Part shown: positions 1 through 11,557 of the stretch, in pieces | How positions within the stretch are numbered: the stretch's first letter is position 1 | Layout: every line of letters starts with the position of its first letter | Source of the DNA: Rhizodiscina lignyota | Lineage: Eukaryota | NCBI GenBank assembly: GCA_010015805.1 | Contig: ML978128.1 | Coordinates: 744,001-808,000, forward strand | Length of the DNA: 64,000 bases | Direction: 5' to 3' | Notes under the pieces: model-generated | Seen by the model: the letters and a program-made list of their open reading frames with translations, nothing else | Told to the model about the DNA's origin: nothing | The model's database searches: none | Made by a program: the position numbers and the translations under genes

Positions 1-1871
1 CAAATCACGGCATTCCTACTGGCCCAAGGAGAGATCGCCAAATGCACCGAGGTGGCTTTAAGCCACGTGGTGCGAGTGACCGTGTGATTCTGAAAGCAAG
101 GCGGGAAACGACTCCAGAGCGCCTATCTGGCATGCAAGAAGGTCATACCAGCTTCAAAGCTCTACAAGATCTCTCCGATAGTGAAGCCGAAATGGAAATT
201 GCATCGGACGCAGGCTCTGGTATCGATGGTGTCGATGGTCAACCTACTGCAAAGAGGGCCCAAAAGGTGAAGCCTTTCACCGCCGATGAGCTGCCAAAGT
301 GGTCGAATCCGGACCCGTACACGGCGCTGCCACCACCCGATGAATCGCAGGGGAAGAAGAAGGATATAGTCAAACTTATCCAGAAGGCGAAGATAACCAT
401 TGAACAGGAGCAGCAAGCAGCGAGTCTCGCTGCTGATAACGCCGATTTCATTTCTTTTGGTCTCGATGAGGACGATGACTTGGTCACTTTTGGATCTATG
501 AACGAGTCTCTTGGCGGCTTCCCAGGTGCCGCAGCTCCGGATGTAACGCATGCCCAGAAGTTCAGCCATCTGGACAATTTGCACCCCAACAGATCTATGC
601 GTTCCGCAGCAACGACACTTGAATATGAAAATGACGACACTGAGATCCCTCCTCCGCCTCCTATGCCGCCGCAGCCACAGGTGCACATGGATAGGAACAA
701 AAACAAGCGCAAGCGCAAGCCAGAGGTTACAGGCCAGATTACAGAGGAGTGGATGGGACAATTGATTGAAAATAACACGCCATGGTGTCGCGCCGATTAC
801 TCCGAGAGTAAACAGATGACCGATTGGCTTCACCGCGAGATTGTGGACTTCTACGAGTATCTGAAGCCTCAATCTTTCGAGCGAGACAAGCGCGAAAACC
901 TGATCGATCGTATCTCCAACTCCTTGCAAAAGCGCTTTCCCGGCGGCACACTACACAGTTTCGGCTCTTTTGGTTCTGGGATTTACCTCCCGACCGCTGA
1001 CATGGATCTTGTGTTTTTGTCGCCAGTATTCTCAAGATACAATCAGCCGGCATACACACTAAAGAAAGGTTTCCTGTATCAAGTGAGGCACTGGCTTATA
1101 CAAGAGGGTATTGCGCTTAGTGATGCTGAGTGTATCTTGGGTGCGAAAGTGCCAATCGTCAAATTCACCGACAAGCTCTCCAATATTAAGGTCGACATAT
1201 CCATTGAGAACAACACTGGTCTGATCGCCAATAACACGTTCCGCGCCTGGAAAGAGCAGTTTCCCGCAATGCCCATCATTGCCACGCTCATCAAGCAATT
1301 TTTGCATATGCGCAACCTGAACGAGGTTTTTACAGGCGGCCTGGGTGGCTTTTCCATAACTTGTTTGGTCACTAGCCTATTGCAGCATCTGCCTGCGGCA
1401 CAAAGCGGAAGCATGCGCCCCGAAGAACACCTCGGCGAACTGCTCCTTGACTTCTTCGACTTCTATGGGAACAGGTTTGATCTGAACAAGGTGGTAATCT
1501 CGCTGAATCCTCCCCAATACTTTCCCAAGGTAAGGATCGTTTGTGCGATGTTGGAATTATTGATTGCTTTCAAGAGCTAACGTGTGTATGCGTTATAGTA
1601 CCCCGAGGACGCTCAGAAGAAGCCTGACAGGCTCTGTATTCTGGACCCCAACAGGCCTGCGAACGACATTTCTGGCGGCTCCAGTAAAGCCCAACTTGTT
1701 ATGAGCTTGTTCAGCGAGGCGTATGCCGCAATCTTGAAACGAATGACTTTCCTCGAAAGCAGAGGCATCGAAGGACGCAAGGGAGCCAGTATTCTCGGTT
1801 CAGTCTTTGCTGGTGATTACAGCTCTTTCGAGCACCAGCGTAATCTTCTCGCAAATCTGCCTGAGAGGTAG
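1..1871 (+). CDS. TRF4: Non-canonical poly(A) polymerase, Trf4/Trf5/Cid14 (PAPD5/7) family; probably 5'-truncated by the window edge
   Basis: Nucleotidyltransferase motif FGSFGSGIYLPTADMDLV, plus AKVPIVKF, VDISIEN and NEVFTGGLGGFS. Intron 1530-1598 (GTAAGG..CTAAC..TAG) joins exon 2 carrying the PAP-associated LCILDPNRPANDISGGS, which ends at TAG 1869-1871. The frame is open back to the window start. Confidence 0.92.
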
Positions 1872-1929
1872 GACTTGATTATTGGATGCGTTATGGCTTT
1901 GAGAATCAGTTACTCTGAAGTGATTTTAG

Positions 1930-2780
1930 AGACTACGTCGGAGCTACGGGCTGGCAGCGCCTCCATTACGGTTCATACCAGAACCATGCTGTCAATCAGT
2001 CTGAAGAAACTACAGTCAACCCTAGCGATGGAGCCAGCTATGCTCAAACCAGCGCAAACGAAGTTGATCCAGTGGAGCAGCATCAAGGGACTAGAGTCTT
2101 CTATTCTCACAATGGTGTCTGCTATCCCGAGCCTGCTACAAACCCAATTGCTTTTACGGAGCAGCCTCAAGAGACTGGAGTCTTTAATTCTCACAATGGC
2201 GTCGGTTATTCCCAGCTTACCCCGGTTCCTTCTTCCCCGGTTCCTTCTCTCCCGGTTTCTTCTCCCCCGGTTCCTTCTCCCCCGGTTCCTTCTGCGCTGG
2301 CCCCGGTTGCTCAAATGTTGCATCCTCCGTATATTTCAACTCTACCTCCACACGCTGCTGCCGGAATGCAAAACAAACGACCTCGCTCGCCTCCCTCTAT
2401 CGGTTTGCCTGCAGATTTGTCGTCGCCACCGACAAAGAAGGTGAGAACCGAGGCTACAACGCTTTCAACTACGGAGAGATCACAGGAGGATGCGGAACTG
2501 ATGGTGGACGTACCCGTCGATATCGAACCCTCCATCCAGACGCATGCCACTGGATCAAATTTCACGGCGATCAACCACGTAAAGAGAGAGTGTAAGGAGT
2601 ACATTCTCCCGTTTCAGATACTACTGATGTTACGAAACGCTAGCGCAATCGCCACCACCGGAAAGCCTGAATCTCATACCTGTCCACCGTCCCCTTTTCG
2701 ATCGACTGGATCTCCTCACTCTCCGTACTGGCGTATCAAACGAAGATGCCATTCCCCTTGATAGAACGACTTACGACTGA
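1930..2780 (+). CDS. Low-complexity Pro/Ser-rich coding segment; possible spliced C-terminal extension of the TRF4-like gene
   Basis: Frame open from 1931 through ORF 2072-2761. A putative intron 1868-1929 joins it in frame to TRF4, and a putative intron 2592-2643 leads to TGA 2778-2780. Contains codon-phased repeats and an NLS-like PPTKKVR. Confidence 0.5.
2074..2294 (+). repeat. Two diverged 84-bp units followed by a 15-bp tandem repeat (x5)
   Basis: ggagcagc.tcaag.gact.gagtctt..attctcacaatgg occurs at ~2074 and ~2158. (c/t)cccggtt(c/t)cttct(t/c) x5 at ~2220-2294 encodes PVPSS-type pentapeptides. Confidence 0.9.
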
Positions 2781-3399
2781 TTTGACGGCGATGGAGGAGG
2801 ATGTTGTCGATGGGAAAATACCGAACACGATATGATTAATGAGCGGATTGCTGGATTTGCCTTTTCATTCCCATGATACCCCTGTGCTAATATCTTTAAC
2901 CACTCACCAAGCGCGTGCTTTTCTCTCTTTGATCAGGCGATGCGACTACCGATGGCATATCGGTCGCCAGGCTCTGTCTACGCATTAAGCGTAATGGAGC
3001 AGTGTACTCTAGGCCCCCATACTCTTTTTCCGACTTTCCTTTCCATAGAATGAAAAAATTTCCTTTCTTCTCCTGCTCTTCCTGTAACTCACCAGCTCCT
3101 CCATAACCTGGAGTGCCTGGATGACCTCACGCGCTGAGGAGCAACTGATAAGTGGCTTAGTGTTTCGCGGCGTGGTAGCCGCAAGAGTTTCAGAGTCCTC
3201 AAGTCAATGGCCTTGGGCTATATTTGATGGATTGCTCACCCACCGTCTCTTCTGCTTCACGCAGGGGGCACCTTTCTCAGTCTCGTGCCGGCTTTATGCG
3301 GGCCTTGGACGAGGAAGGAGAGTGCGAAATGTCGAACATTTGCCGGCCGGGCGGCATACGCAAGAACATTCTTGCCAAACGTGGTCGGGATATATTGTT

Positions 3400-3702
3400 T
3401 TTGGCGGCCTTGAGGGAGACAGAATACTTGGCGGACAGGCAAGCTGTAACGCCCAAGAGAAGCGAGGTAATCTCTGAAAGCTTAGTTATGCGTTACTTGG
3501 AGTATATTAAACAACAGCAAGCTATTGAATGCTTGCCTGTTATTAAGGCTTAGAATAACAAAACATTTGGCCGTTCGGCAAGCTGGAATGCTTGAGAGAG
3601 ACCAGCTCTTACACCTCACGGTAAGTAAGTCTATCTCTGAAAGCTCAGCTACACGTTCTCTGGAGTGTACTAAATAATAGCATACTAATTAGAAGACTTG
3701 CA
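3400..3702. repeat. Diverged ~163-bp direct tandem duplication
   Basis: tctctgaaagct(t/c)ag(t/c)ta..cgtt...tggagt.ta.taaa.aa.agca at 3471 and 3634, with weaker similarity in the flanks. Confidence 0.7.
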
Positions 3703-4398
3703 TACTTTATCAATTACAGAAGCTATGCACTATTGCTGTTCAGCGTCTTGAAAGCTGCGGCCAACTCCTGTCATCACCTCCGAAGGCGGTTATGTAGCTA
3801 GAGAGAAGAGCACTTCATTGCGTCAAATCTTAAGCACCTCCAAATCGGCAAACCGGCATTGACAGTCATTCAGCAAGGTAGACTAGAGGGTAATAAATAG
3901 CTGATATCGATAGAGGTTACAAGAGTAGAGTATGGTCGACAATTGCTCTTTAGAATAAACGAAACCGTTATTGAAAGCTTAGTGTAATATGCTTCAGCCA
4001 ATGTTTATCGAGGGTGTACAGCTTCAGTGACTATGGTTTAGCATAATTGAAGATTCTGTGCGGCCGAGTTATTCGATACGTCGAAAGTATGAGGCTCCAA
4101 ATGTGTCACTGTACTCAGAGTGTTCTTCGAGCGTTCTTGAATGTAGCATTATGGTGTCAAGTAACGACACCTCTTCGACTGTGCAGCGGAATGTGGAAAA
4201 CTTTTATTGTACACGGCAGCCTGTGCCAAAAGCAAAAGATCATCTTGTCGCCCACCATTTTCGCCTATTTCCCCAGGCTATGCCCGTGCTACTGCTCCAA
4301 AACGCCAAAGCAAAAAGTTGAAGCAATCGTACCATGAAAAGCACATACCACGCAACAGCCAGCCCGAATCTCACCTGCAAGTTGCAACTCGTCATCCA

Positions 4399-5604
4399 TC
4401 AACGGCGACCGCCTCCTCGGTTGCGGCTGTAGCTCCTGCTACGTTCAGAGTAGCTGTCGTAGCTACTGTAACTTGGGCTCCTTCTCCTAGCTCCTCCACC
4501 AGCAGCAGCGCCTCCTCCACTAGCGCGTCCACCACCACCACCTCTTGTCGGGCTCTCCCGTCTTCCGCTTCCGAATCCTCCCCTCCTGCGAGGCGGCGTA
4601 CGGGAGCGCGAGGGCGACCTCGAAGAGAACGAGCGAGACCTGGTACGGTCACGACGCCTGCTCACGCTACGACTTCTCGAACGAGTGCGCCGTGGTGGCG
4701 ACCTTGACCTCGAGCGGGGAGAGTACGACCTGCGATTGTATCCACTACCACCATAGCCTCGCGGAGGCGGGGGCGGAGAGCGGCGTCTTGGAGGCGAACG
4801 GAATCGTCCTGGACGTCCGGGAGGTGGACCTCTGTCACGGTATGGCGGCGGTGCAGGCGGTCCGCGGGGATTGTAGTCTCGCTCCCTGTAATCTTCACGC
4901 ATCGGCGGTCCGCGATCGAAGCCCCGGTCCCTGTCACCTGCGAACGGTGGTGGTCTGGTGTCTCTGCGTGGTGGAGGAGAGCGACTGAAGCGCTTGCGAG
5001 GTAGGACGATAGAGACGTTAAGGACCGCGCCGTCGAGCTGGGCTTCGTGCATGTGCGCGATTGCGGCTTCTGCTGCAGTGGTAGTGTTGAAGAGGATGTA
5101 AGCTGTGCCACGGTTCGTGCCGAAAGCGTGGTTGAGAGGCATGTCGATGTTGGCGATGGTACCGTACTGGCCGAAGATCTCTTGCAGGTGGGCGGTTTGG
5201 ACGTTCTTCGTGAGCTTCTCCACGACAATCTGTGTGCCAATAAAATCATTACAGTTTGATTCTAGGGAGGACTTGGGTGAAGACGTTTGTGTCTCTGAGC
5301 TTGCCTTTGTGCTCCGTGGTGGTGCTGGGCTGCGACTCAAGCTACGGCTGTAGCTCCTCCTACCTCCACCTCCTCTTCTGTCGCGAGATCGCGATCTTGA
5401 CCGACTCTGCGAGGCACTGCGGTCGCCATTGCGACGAGTATAGCGTCCTCCACGGGAGGATGGGGTGCGACTGCGCGAGCGTGATGCTGAACGTGGAGAG
5501 ATCGAGCGCCGCGGGGAGCGAGCACGCGCCTCAGAGGCAGGTGTTCGCGACCTCGTTCGCGAGCGCCCACGCGAGGCACTGCGAGAGGGCGAACCAGAAG
5601 GCAT
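4399..5604 (-). CDS. RNPS1: RNPS1/SR45-like RRM protein with RS domains (EJC/ASAP component)
   Basis: RS-rich N- and C-termini flank the RRM IVVEKLTKNV..HLQEIFGQYG..NRGTAYI..AIAHMHEAQLDG. ATG at 5604; probable 75-nt GC-AG intron 5230-5304. Confidence 0.88.
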   Translation of the reverse strand: MPSGSPSRSASRGRSRTRSRTPASEARARSPRRSISPRSASRSRSRTPSSRGGRYTRRNGDRSASQSRSRSRSRDRRGGGGRRSYSRSLSRSPAPPRSTKASSETQTSSPKSSLESNCNDFIGTQIVVEKLTKNVQTAHLQEIFGQYGTIANIDMPLNHAFGTNRGTAYILFNTTTAAEAAIAHMHEAQLDGAVLNVSIVLPRKRFSRSPPPRRDTRPPPFAGDRDRGFDRGPPMREDYRERDYNPRGPPAPPPYRDRGPPPGRPGRFRSPPRRRSPPPPPRGYGGSGYNRRSYSPRSRSRSPPRRTRSRSRSVSRRRDRTRSRSFSSRSPSRSRTPPRRRGGFGSGRRESPTRGGGGGRASGGGAAAGGGARRRSPSYSSYDSYSERSRSYSRNRGGGRR

Positions 5605-8497
5605 TGCAGAGCAAGCCTTTTCGGTGAGCTCGTGTGAGTGAAGTTGAAGGTTTGCCAGAGGTGTTGCTCTGCGTTGCACGGGAATGAAGGTATTTCGAAA
5701 GAGAAACGCGACTTAAATGTTTTCGTTTATGGTTAGTTCGTCGGCAAAACTTCGGGCATTGATGTCGCTGTCAACATGTGCACGTGCTCCACTTCGCAAT
5801 GGAACCTCAGAACAATGTTGAGGACAGCCTTGCAGTCGTGTCTCGAACCTTTTCTTTCCGTTATTTATTATGCATATGAGACTCAAGTGAATGTTCGCTT
5901 CACAATGGACCCATTAGCTATTGTCGCCATTTCACGATCGCCCCTCAAGCTGTTAGACGGTGGCATCATGCCCCAGCCGAGCTCCTTGATCTCTGCCTGG
6001 AATTGTCTGAGCTCAAGTTATAGCTGAGAGAAGCACAAGCTCTACAAGACGGAGAATAACATGCGGATCAAATTTATCCACAGACTTCAGTGGATGCCTC
6101 GAATCTAATTCAAAGGGTTCAGGGGGAAACCAGCCGTACATGGAATCTCCAAAGTCAAACAGGGCCAGGATGCGTTGGATTCGCCAGAGAACTCGGCTGG
6201 ATTCATGGTGCGGACTATTCGATCTAACATCTAAATTGTCGAAGGCTCCATTGAGAGCTCCAAGATGACTTCTGCTCGCGAATCTCGGCGAGAAGGCCTC
6301 GTGGACAAACCAACGACCGTCCACAAGACAGTACCAACAGCAACGTCTCGGAAGAGGGCAATACAACTGGTAGAGATATGTCAAATACAACAAGCATGTC
6401 CTTATCCATACAGATTATCCAGGACTTGGCTACTCCCGGCGCGCTAGCCAACGTCGGGGCGTTAGATCGCAAACAATCGAGATGAATCCATCCGACGACG
6501 ATTCTCCCATACGCAGCTTCGAATAGAACAGCCTCAGAGGTGCAACTCAAACTGAAATCGAGCCACCTTGCCGGCTATTTTATGGGAAATGATTCGCACA
6601 TGACAGGCCGAGAGTAAGGGATATAGAACGTAGAAAGGCTTGAACGCACAACGCCAATCCCTTGCGGTTGACGCGTCATTCAATATCCTTATCATGATGG
6701 GTGCATAGGAATCCTTAAACAGTCTCCTCGAGAATTAAGACTATTCCACAGAGCGGGCCATTCCTTGACGAAGGCACTTTACAGCTCCTGGATGCCGGGA
6801 AGGCAGCTACCCTCAGCCTTCGCATTTCCAACAGCGCGACGTACGCGACCCGAAGTAGGATATCTACTATGACAGATTCATCAGAGGAACGGGGTCGCAA
6901 AGAGGTATATTGATGCATCAGACAGAAATTTCCCGTGAGCCGTGGCGTTTCCCGTGGACCGGTTCATCAGAGCAGTGATCGAGACAATATCAAAGAAACT
7001 GACGCATGCAGAAGATGACGTGTATTTGCGGCGCAGTATATTGCAACCTACAAATAAGATAACAAATAGAAATGAGACACTACTACTCTACCTTCGGAAT
7101 TTTAAGTACACCGACTACTGTATGTATGTCATCGACGTTAGCGGGTTATTAGCGGTTACCGTTGCGGCAGTGAGTGGAGCCACGGCTGCCTGCTCAACAT
7201 CAAATATTCCAAAGAGGCTGAGCCTCAGCTCCACTGCTGTCAACTCGTACGGTTTGTAACTTCCTTCAATGGGTCGGAGAATACGTCTTCAATTGCCGAG
7301 GAGGCTGGGCACTTTTCGTCGAAGTCGAATGTTGGCGCACCCATGCCCAACTGAAGGTAAAACACCTGTGCCTGATCCAGCCAACCTCGTTCGCGGGTCG
7401 GCCCAGCACGTGGGTCTTGTCAAACAGAGTTTCCCCTCGCAGGCGGGAAGAAGGAAAGGGAGCGGTTCCGAAGTGCTCAAGCTCGATTTTGCACCTCCGT
7501 CAGCTCACCAGCTCTTCGCCGGACTGTCTTGAGAAGTTGTGGAACCCCATCGGCGTACTGTACCTGCGTCGCCGGCCAGCGACTTCCAGCCTCCCGTCAA
7601 CCTCATCAAGACCATCAGGCCATCGCAGTCCTGCTCATCAAACAGAGTGCTCCAAGGCCAGTAGTAGTCGTCAATGGGTGATTTCCTGAATCATTTCTCT
7701 GCCCGGTTTTTCATATCCGTGGAAGGGTTCCGCAGATTGCGTAGATTGCGTTGTTAAGCAACTCCTCACCACCAAGAAAGACCCTTGGCTGCGCTACGCG
7801 CTGATTCGGCAGCAGGCCGCGCGGACGGCGTCGGTGCGCAGAGGGGATCCACCACACCTCAACTCGCCGTGATCTGGCAAACGCTTGCATCGAGCAATGC
7901 GAACCTGCAGGAACCTGCATATGGGCCTGGACTTTCACTCGTCGTTGTTGGCGCCGAGAAGCTACGTAGCTGTAACGCCGACGCACCCGTCCCGTTTCTC
8001 CCAACAGCCTTGTCGGCAACGCAGGGCATTTCTGAAACGAGAACAACTTTAGTAACCTTGTCCCGGCAGCGAGCGGAGCAAACGAATCAATTATCGTGAT
8101 GCTCATGGGACCTGCAGATGAATTCGCCCGTTGACTGGGACAAGGAAGTTTACTTGTTTTCCTTGGGGAGCCGTTGTACTTCGTGGCACGCATTGCTTTT
8201 AAAGGCCGGCGTTGCTCTTGCTCTGTTGTTTCGAAACTCACCAACTATTATTGCATCTCTGCTGTCAGCCCAAGAGGCATCACAATTCCTTTCTCACCAA
8301 CTCCATTCATTTTCTCTGGCAGAAGCAAAGCCTCCGAGAGCGCTCCTTGAAACCTCGCGCGTTGACTCGCTCCCTGATTCGCTGAAATACAACAACTCGA
8401 CTACCGAAATCGTACTCGTGCGTTCACTGCCTTCCAATATATACTCGGCGCATTTACTTACCTCTCCACCAGAAACCACCGATCACAAACAACCAAC

Positions 8498-8731
8498 ATG
8501 CAAATTCTCTCAATGCTCAGTGCCGCCATGGCAATGTTCGCTCTTACCGAGGCGGTACCCTCGACAAAGCTGCCAAAGCACTGCACGACTGGCAAATATC
8601 ATTGTGGTGCTGTTGGCAAGCACGAAGCTGTCTACCAATGCGTCGGCTTTGGCACTGTACCATGGATCCCAATCAATACTTGCCCTGGCAAGTGCCATTG
8701 CCATGACTCTGACTTGTGTGAGTGCGAATAG
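8498..8731 (+). CDS. Small secreted cysteine-rich protein (77 aa, 8 Cys), effector candidate
   Basis: Hydrophobic signal peptide MQILSMLSAAMAMFALTEA, CAACATG start context, TATA-like element upstream, 8 Cys in the mature part. Confidence 0.8.
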   Translation: MQILSMLSAAMAMFALTEAVPSTKLPKHCTTGKYHCGAVGKHEAVYQCVGFGTVPWIPINTCPGKCHCHDSDLCECE

Positions 8732-9833
8732 GCCAGATGAGATGGACCGATGTATATACGGATGCATGATATTGGAGGAATGGGACAGGGCATGACATTA
8801 TTGATTTATGTATATACCATATACCTTAACTGTATGAAATATTGGAGCCGGCCAAAGCCGCTGAGATCTATTTGCTTGACGTTGATGCTTTGTGATCCTT
8901 CCGAACCTAAAAATGCTCCTAGCGTCCGATATCGTACAGTTGGACGCAGAAGCAAAGTCGTGGCTTCTCACTAGACTCCTTTGGAAGAATTCGAGAAGTC
9001 CAACGAAAATTTAAACGAAGAAGCACTTCGTCATGTTCCTCGTCGCCGGCGCTCGAGTAATGGTGGCGTTCGTTAAGCCACAAACGCCATCCCAGCCTCG
9101 TTGGTGAACCTCCTGCTAACCACCAAAAATCCACCGCGACCACAGCAAACAGTAAAGTCGGCGAGTTCTATGAGCGCTTCGAACGACGAGGGAGACCAAT
9201 CAGTGCCTCGATCCGGCATGAACGATGTTACAAGTTTTCCAGTTTCTCCTTACTGGTGAAGACTTCAATGACGCGGCGTCTTTCTTCAAGACCTCGGGGC
9301 GTTTCGCACCATTCACCCCGCCCGCCTTCTCGCTCTTTTCTTTTCTTCGACGAAAAGCTCCACCGCGGATAGCTGCGGAGGCGGGCACGTGTGGAACAGT
9401 AGTTCTCCGCTCATGCATGGATCGTCCGTTCGGCGATGTTGGCTGCGTTGCGTGTGCAAGGTGGTTGGCGAATCTGTCCGTGCGAGTTTGAATTCGGGTT
9501 CTTTGCAGCGACCTCACCACCTGCCTTCCAATTCTCCCGCTGGCGGATAAAATAAATAGTGGTTTGATCTCCATGGCATCCTTTTTCTTTAGCTTCAAGA
9601 CTTCCCCTCTTCTTAGAAATCAAGGAATTAAAAACTTGGTAAGCTGTTCCGCGTTGCTGTCCAAGCCTCTGTCTGACGTACTCCTTCAGCATCTCCGCAC
9701 ATACTCTCGTACGAACCAAAGTCCAAGCGCAAGCATATAACATCCACGTACTTCCGTAGGCCTAGGATACTTCCCCCCAGACAATTCTAATCACTTACTC
9801 TTTGCCAGAACCATCATACATCAACAAGTCAAA

Positions 9834-10070
9834 ATGCAATTCTTCAACATCGTCCTCTCCAGCGCTCTCGCCATTCTCGCTCTCACTCCACTGGTCGCTT
9901 CTGTGCCAGTCGCTTCCGACCCCAACGCGTATTTGAACGCGTGCACCGGGCACGTGTTATATCGTTGCCATAAGGGGGGTAACCAGGTCTTCGCCCAGCA
10001 GTGTAGCAGCCATCAGTGGGTGAACCTTGTTCAGTGTCCCGCTGGCTGTAGCAAGGGCCACTGTGTGTAA
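9834..10070 (+). CDS. Small secreted cysteine-rich protein (78 aa, 6 Cys), effector candidate; paralogue of 8498-8731
   Basis: Signal peptide MQFFNIVLSSALAILALTPLVAS, CAAAATG context, and the C-x4/5-Y-x-C...Q-C...W-x5-CP-x2-C pattern shared with its neighbour. Confidence 0.82.
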   Translation: MQFFNIVLSSALAILALTPLVASVPVASDPNAYLNACTGHVLYRCHKGGNQVFAQQCSSHQWVNLVQCPAGCSKGHCV

Positions 10071-10382
10071 CTTGATCGACATTATCTCGGACCCCAGGTG
10101 TTGAGTCGATGAATTACGGCGAACGGTTCGTCCTTTGATGGGATGAAGAGGCTGGACCTCGAGATGCAATGCGGAACGGAGGCAAACTAGAAATGCAATT
10201 ACGAAGCGAATGAATGACGGTACGAAGAGTTATTATGGGCGTTATGGTTCTACTTCCTTGGGTATGGGAAGATGAAAGATATCAATGGTATTCTCGCAGC
10301 CGGAAGGGTTAATTAATTCAGCATGTTTAAAACGCCTCTTCTATCCTTCAGTCGGTGCGCATCGTTTTGATCATGTGAACTC

Positions 10383-10982
10383 TCAACTCGTCTGAGCAGG
10401 CGGCAGTCCATTGCCAAAGATAGCTTGGCTGAAGTTGATTTGGTTCTATCACGGAATGTCAGTTTGAAAAACATATTTTCGTTTCAAGTCTCAGGCTTAC
10501 GCCATCCAAGTCTATGAGGAGTCAGAACCCCCTATTATTTGATCATGCCAGGCTCGAAACTTACCGGTGATTGTGAAATCCTTCAATCCCCATGGCTTGG
10601 TTGTGATCTCATTTCGAATCGTCGCGCCTTTGCTTCGTACGCTCTCCAGCAACGATTCAAGCTCACCCTCGCCCTCTCCTAGTCGAACATAGATCTTACC
10701 AAAGTGGGCATCATCTTGTAGGTCAGGAAATCCTCTACCTGTTCGAGTTTCAGCAAACGGTAGCCATTTATGCTCGTTCAGTCACAGCTTACGCCTCAGA
10801 TAGACATTTACAGCGACATCGTACTTGTTTTCGCTCTCTTCTGAGGCAAGCTGAAGCCAAGTGTGGTCATCTCTGTCTCGACCTGCTACTCGAAAGCCGA
10901 GGACATTGGTGTAGAAGTTAATCGCCTCCGGCACTGACGAGACAGGCAGCGAGGGAATGATCTTGGTGTACTTTGGGGCCAT
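10383..10982 (-). CDS. Glyoxalase/bleomycin-resistance (VOC) family protein, 4 exons
   Basis: IPSLPVSSVPEAINFYTNVLGF ... KPWGLKDFTITDLDGNQINF reconstructed across three GT-AG introns, including an 11-nt micro-exon at 10501-10511. Confidence 0.85.
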
Positions 10983-11557
10983 TGGAGATATACCTCGGCG
11001 GTGAGAAGGCCTGCGATGAAACTCGAAGGTGCTCCTTTCAGCGGTTTCAATGATACTGTAGCACAGCACAGTGACTTCGGATATCCATTGAGGGATGTTC
11101 TCAAGGATTGCAACCCTTGTCCTCGTGTTGGTCCTCAGTGAGCACAAGAGCGTTTCAATGGCGTCACCGGTGAAGCGTTCATGCGCATAAAGCACGCACA
11201 ATCTGGCCGCCTTGCTGCAAGACCTGAGATCTTCAAACAACTCCGGAGCCTCTCACACGACCGAAACACCTTTGTTTTGCGCACATCGTGCAAGGGACGA
11301 CGATAGTTTAAGCTTAACAGTGTGTTGCCGCTGCCCCGCCAAACGCCTTCACCCCCACCTTGTTTTGACATCAACCTTTTTCACCAGAGCCTGACAAAGC
11401 TGTTGACCTACCTAAACAAGATTTATTACCCTTATCACACCCGACTCGTATAATCCTCCGACAGCCCTCAGACTCTTACCCCTTCTCCATACAGCCTACA
11501 AAAGCAAAGAGGGATCCCGTCGCTCCTTAAAAGGCTCGCACAGCTCAGCGCGCAACG

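Noticed and set aside
1875..2444. 189-aa ORF with RFLLP repeats and its antisense RRNRG ORF
   Set aside because: These are alternative frames of the 15-bp repeat, with non-ATG or weak starts.
8118..8795. 225-aa ORF overlapping the first small secreted protein
   Set aside because: No motif; it runs through the TATA/leader of the 77-aa gene, which has a much better start context and a paralogue.
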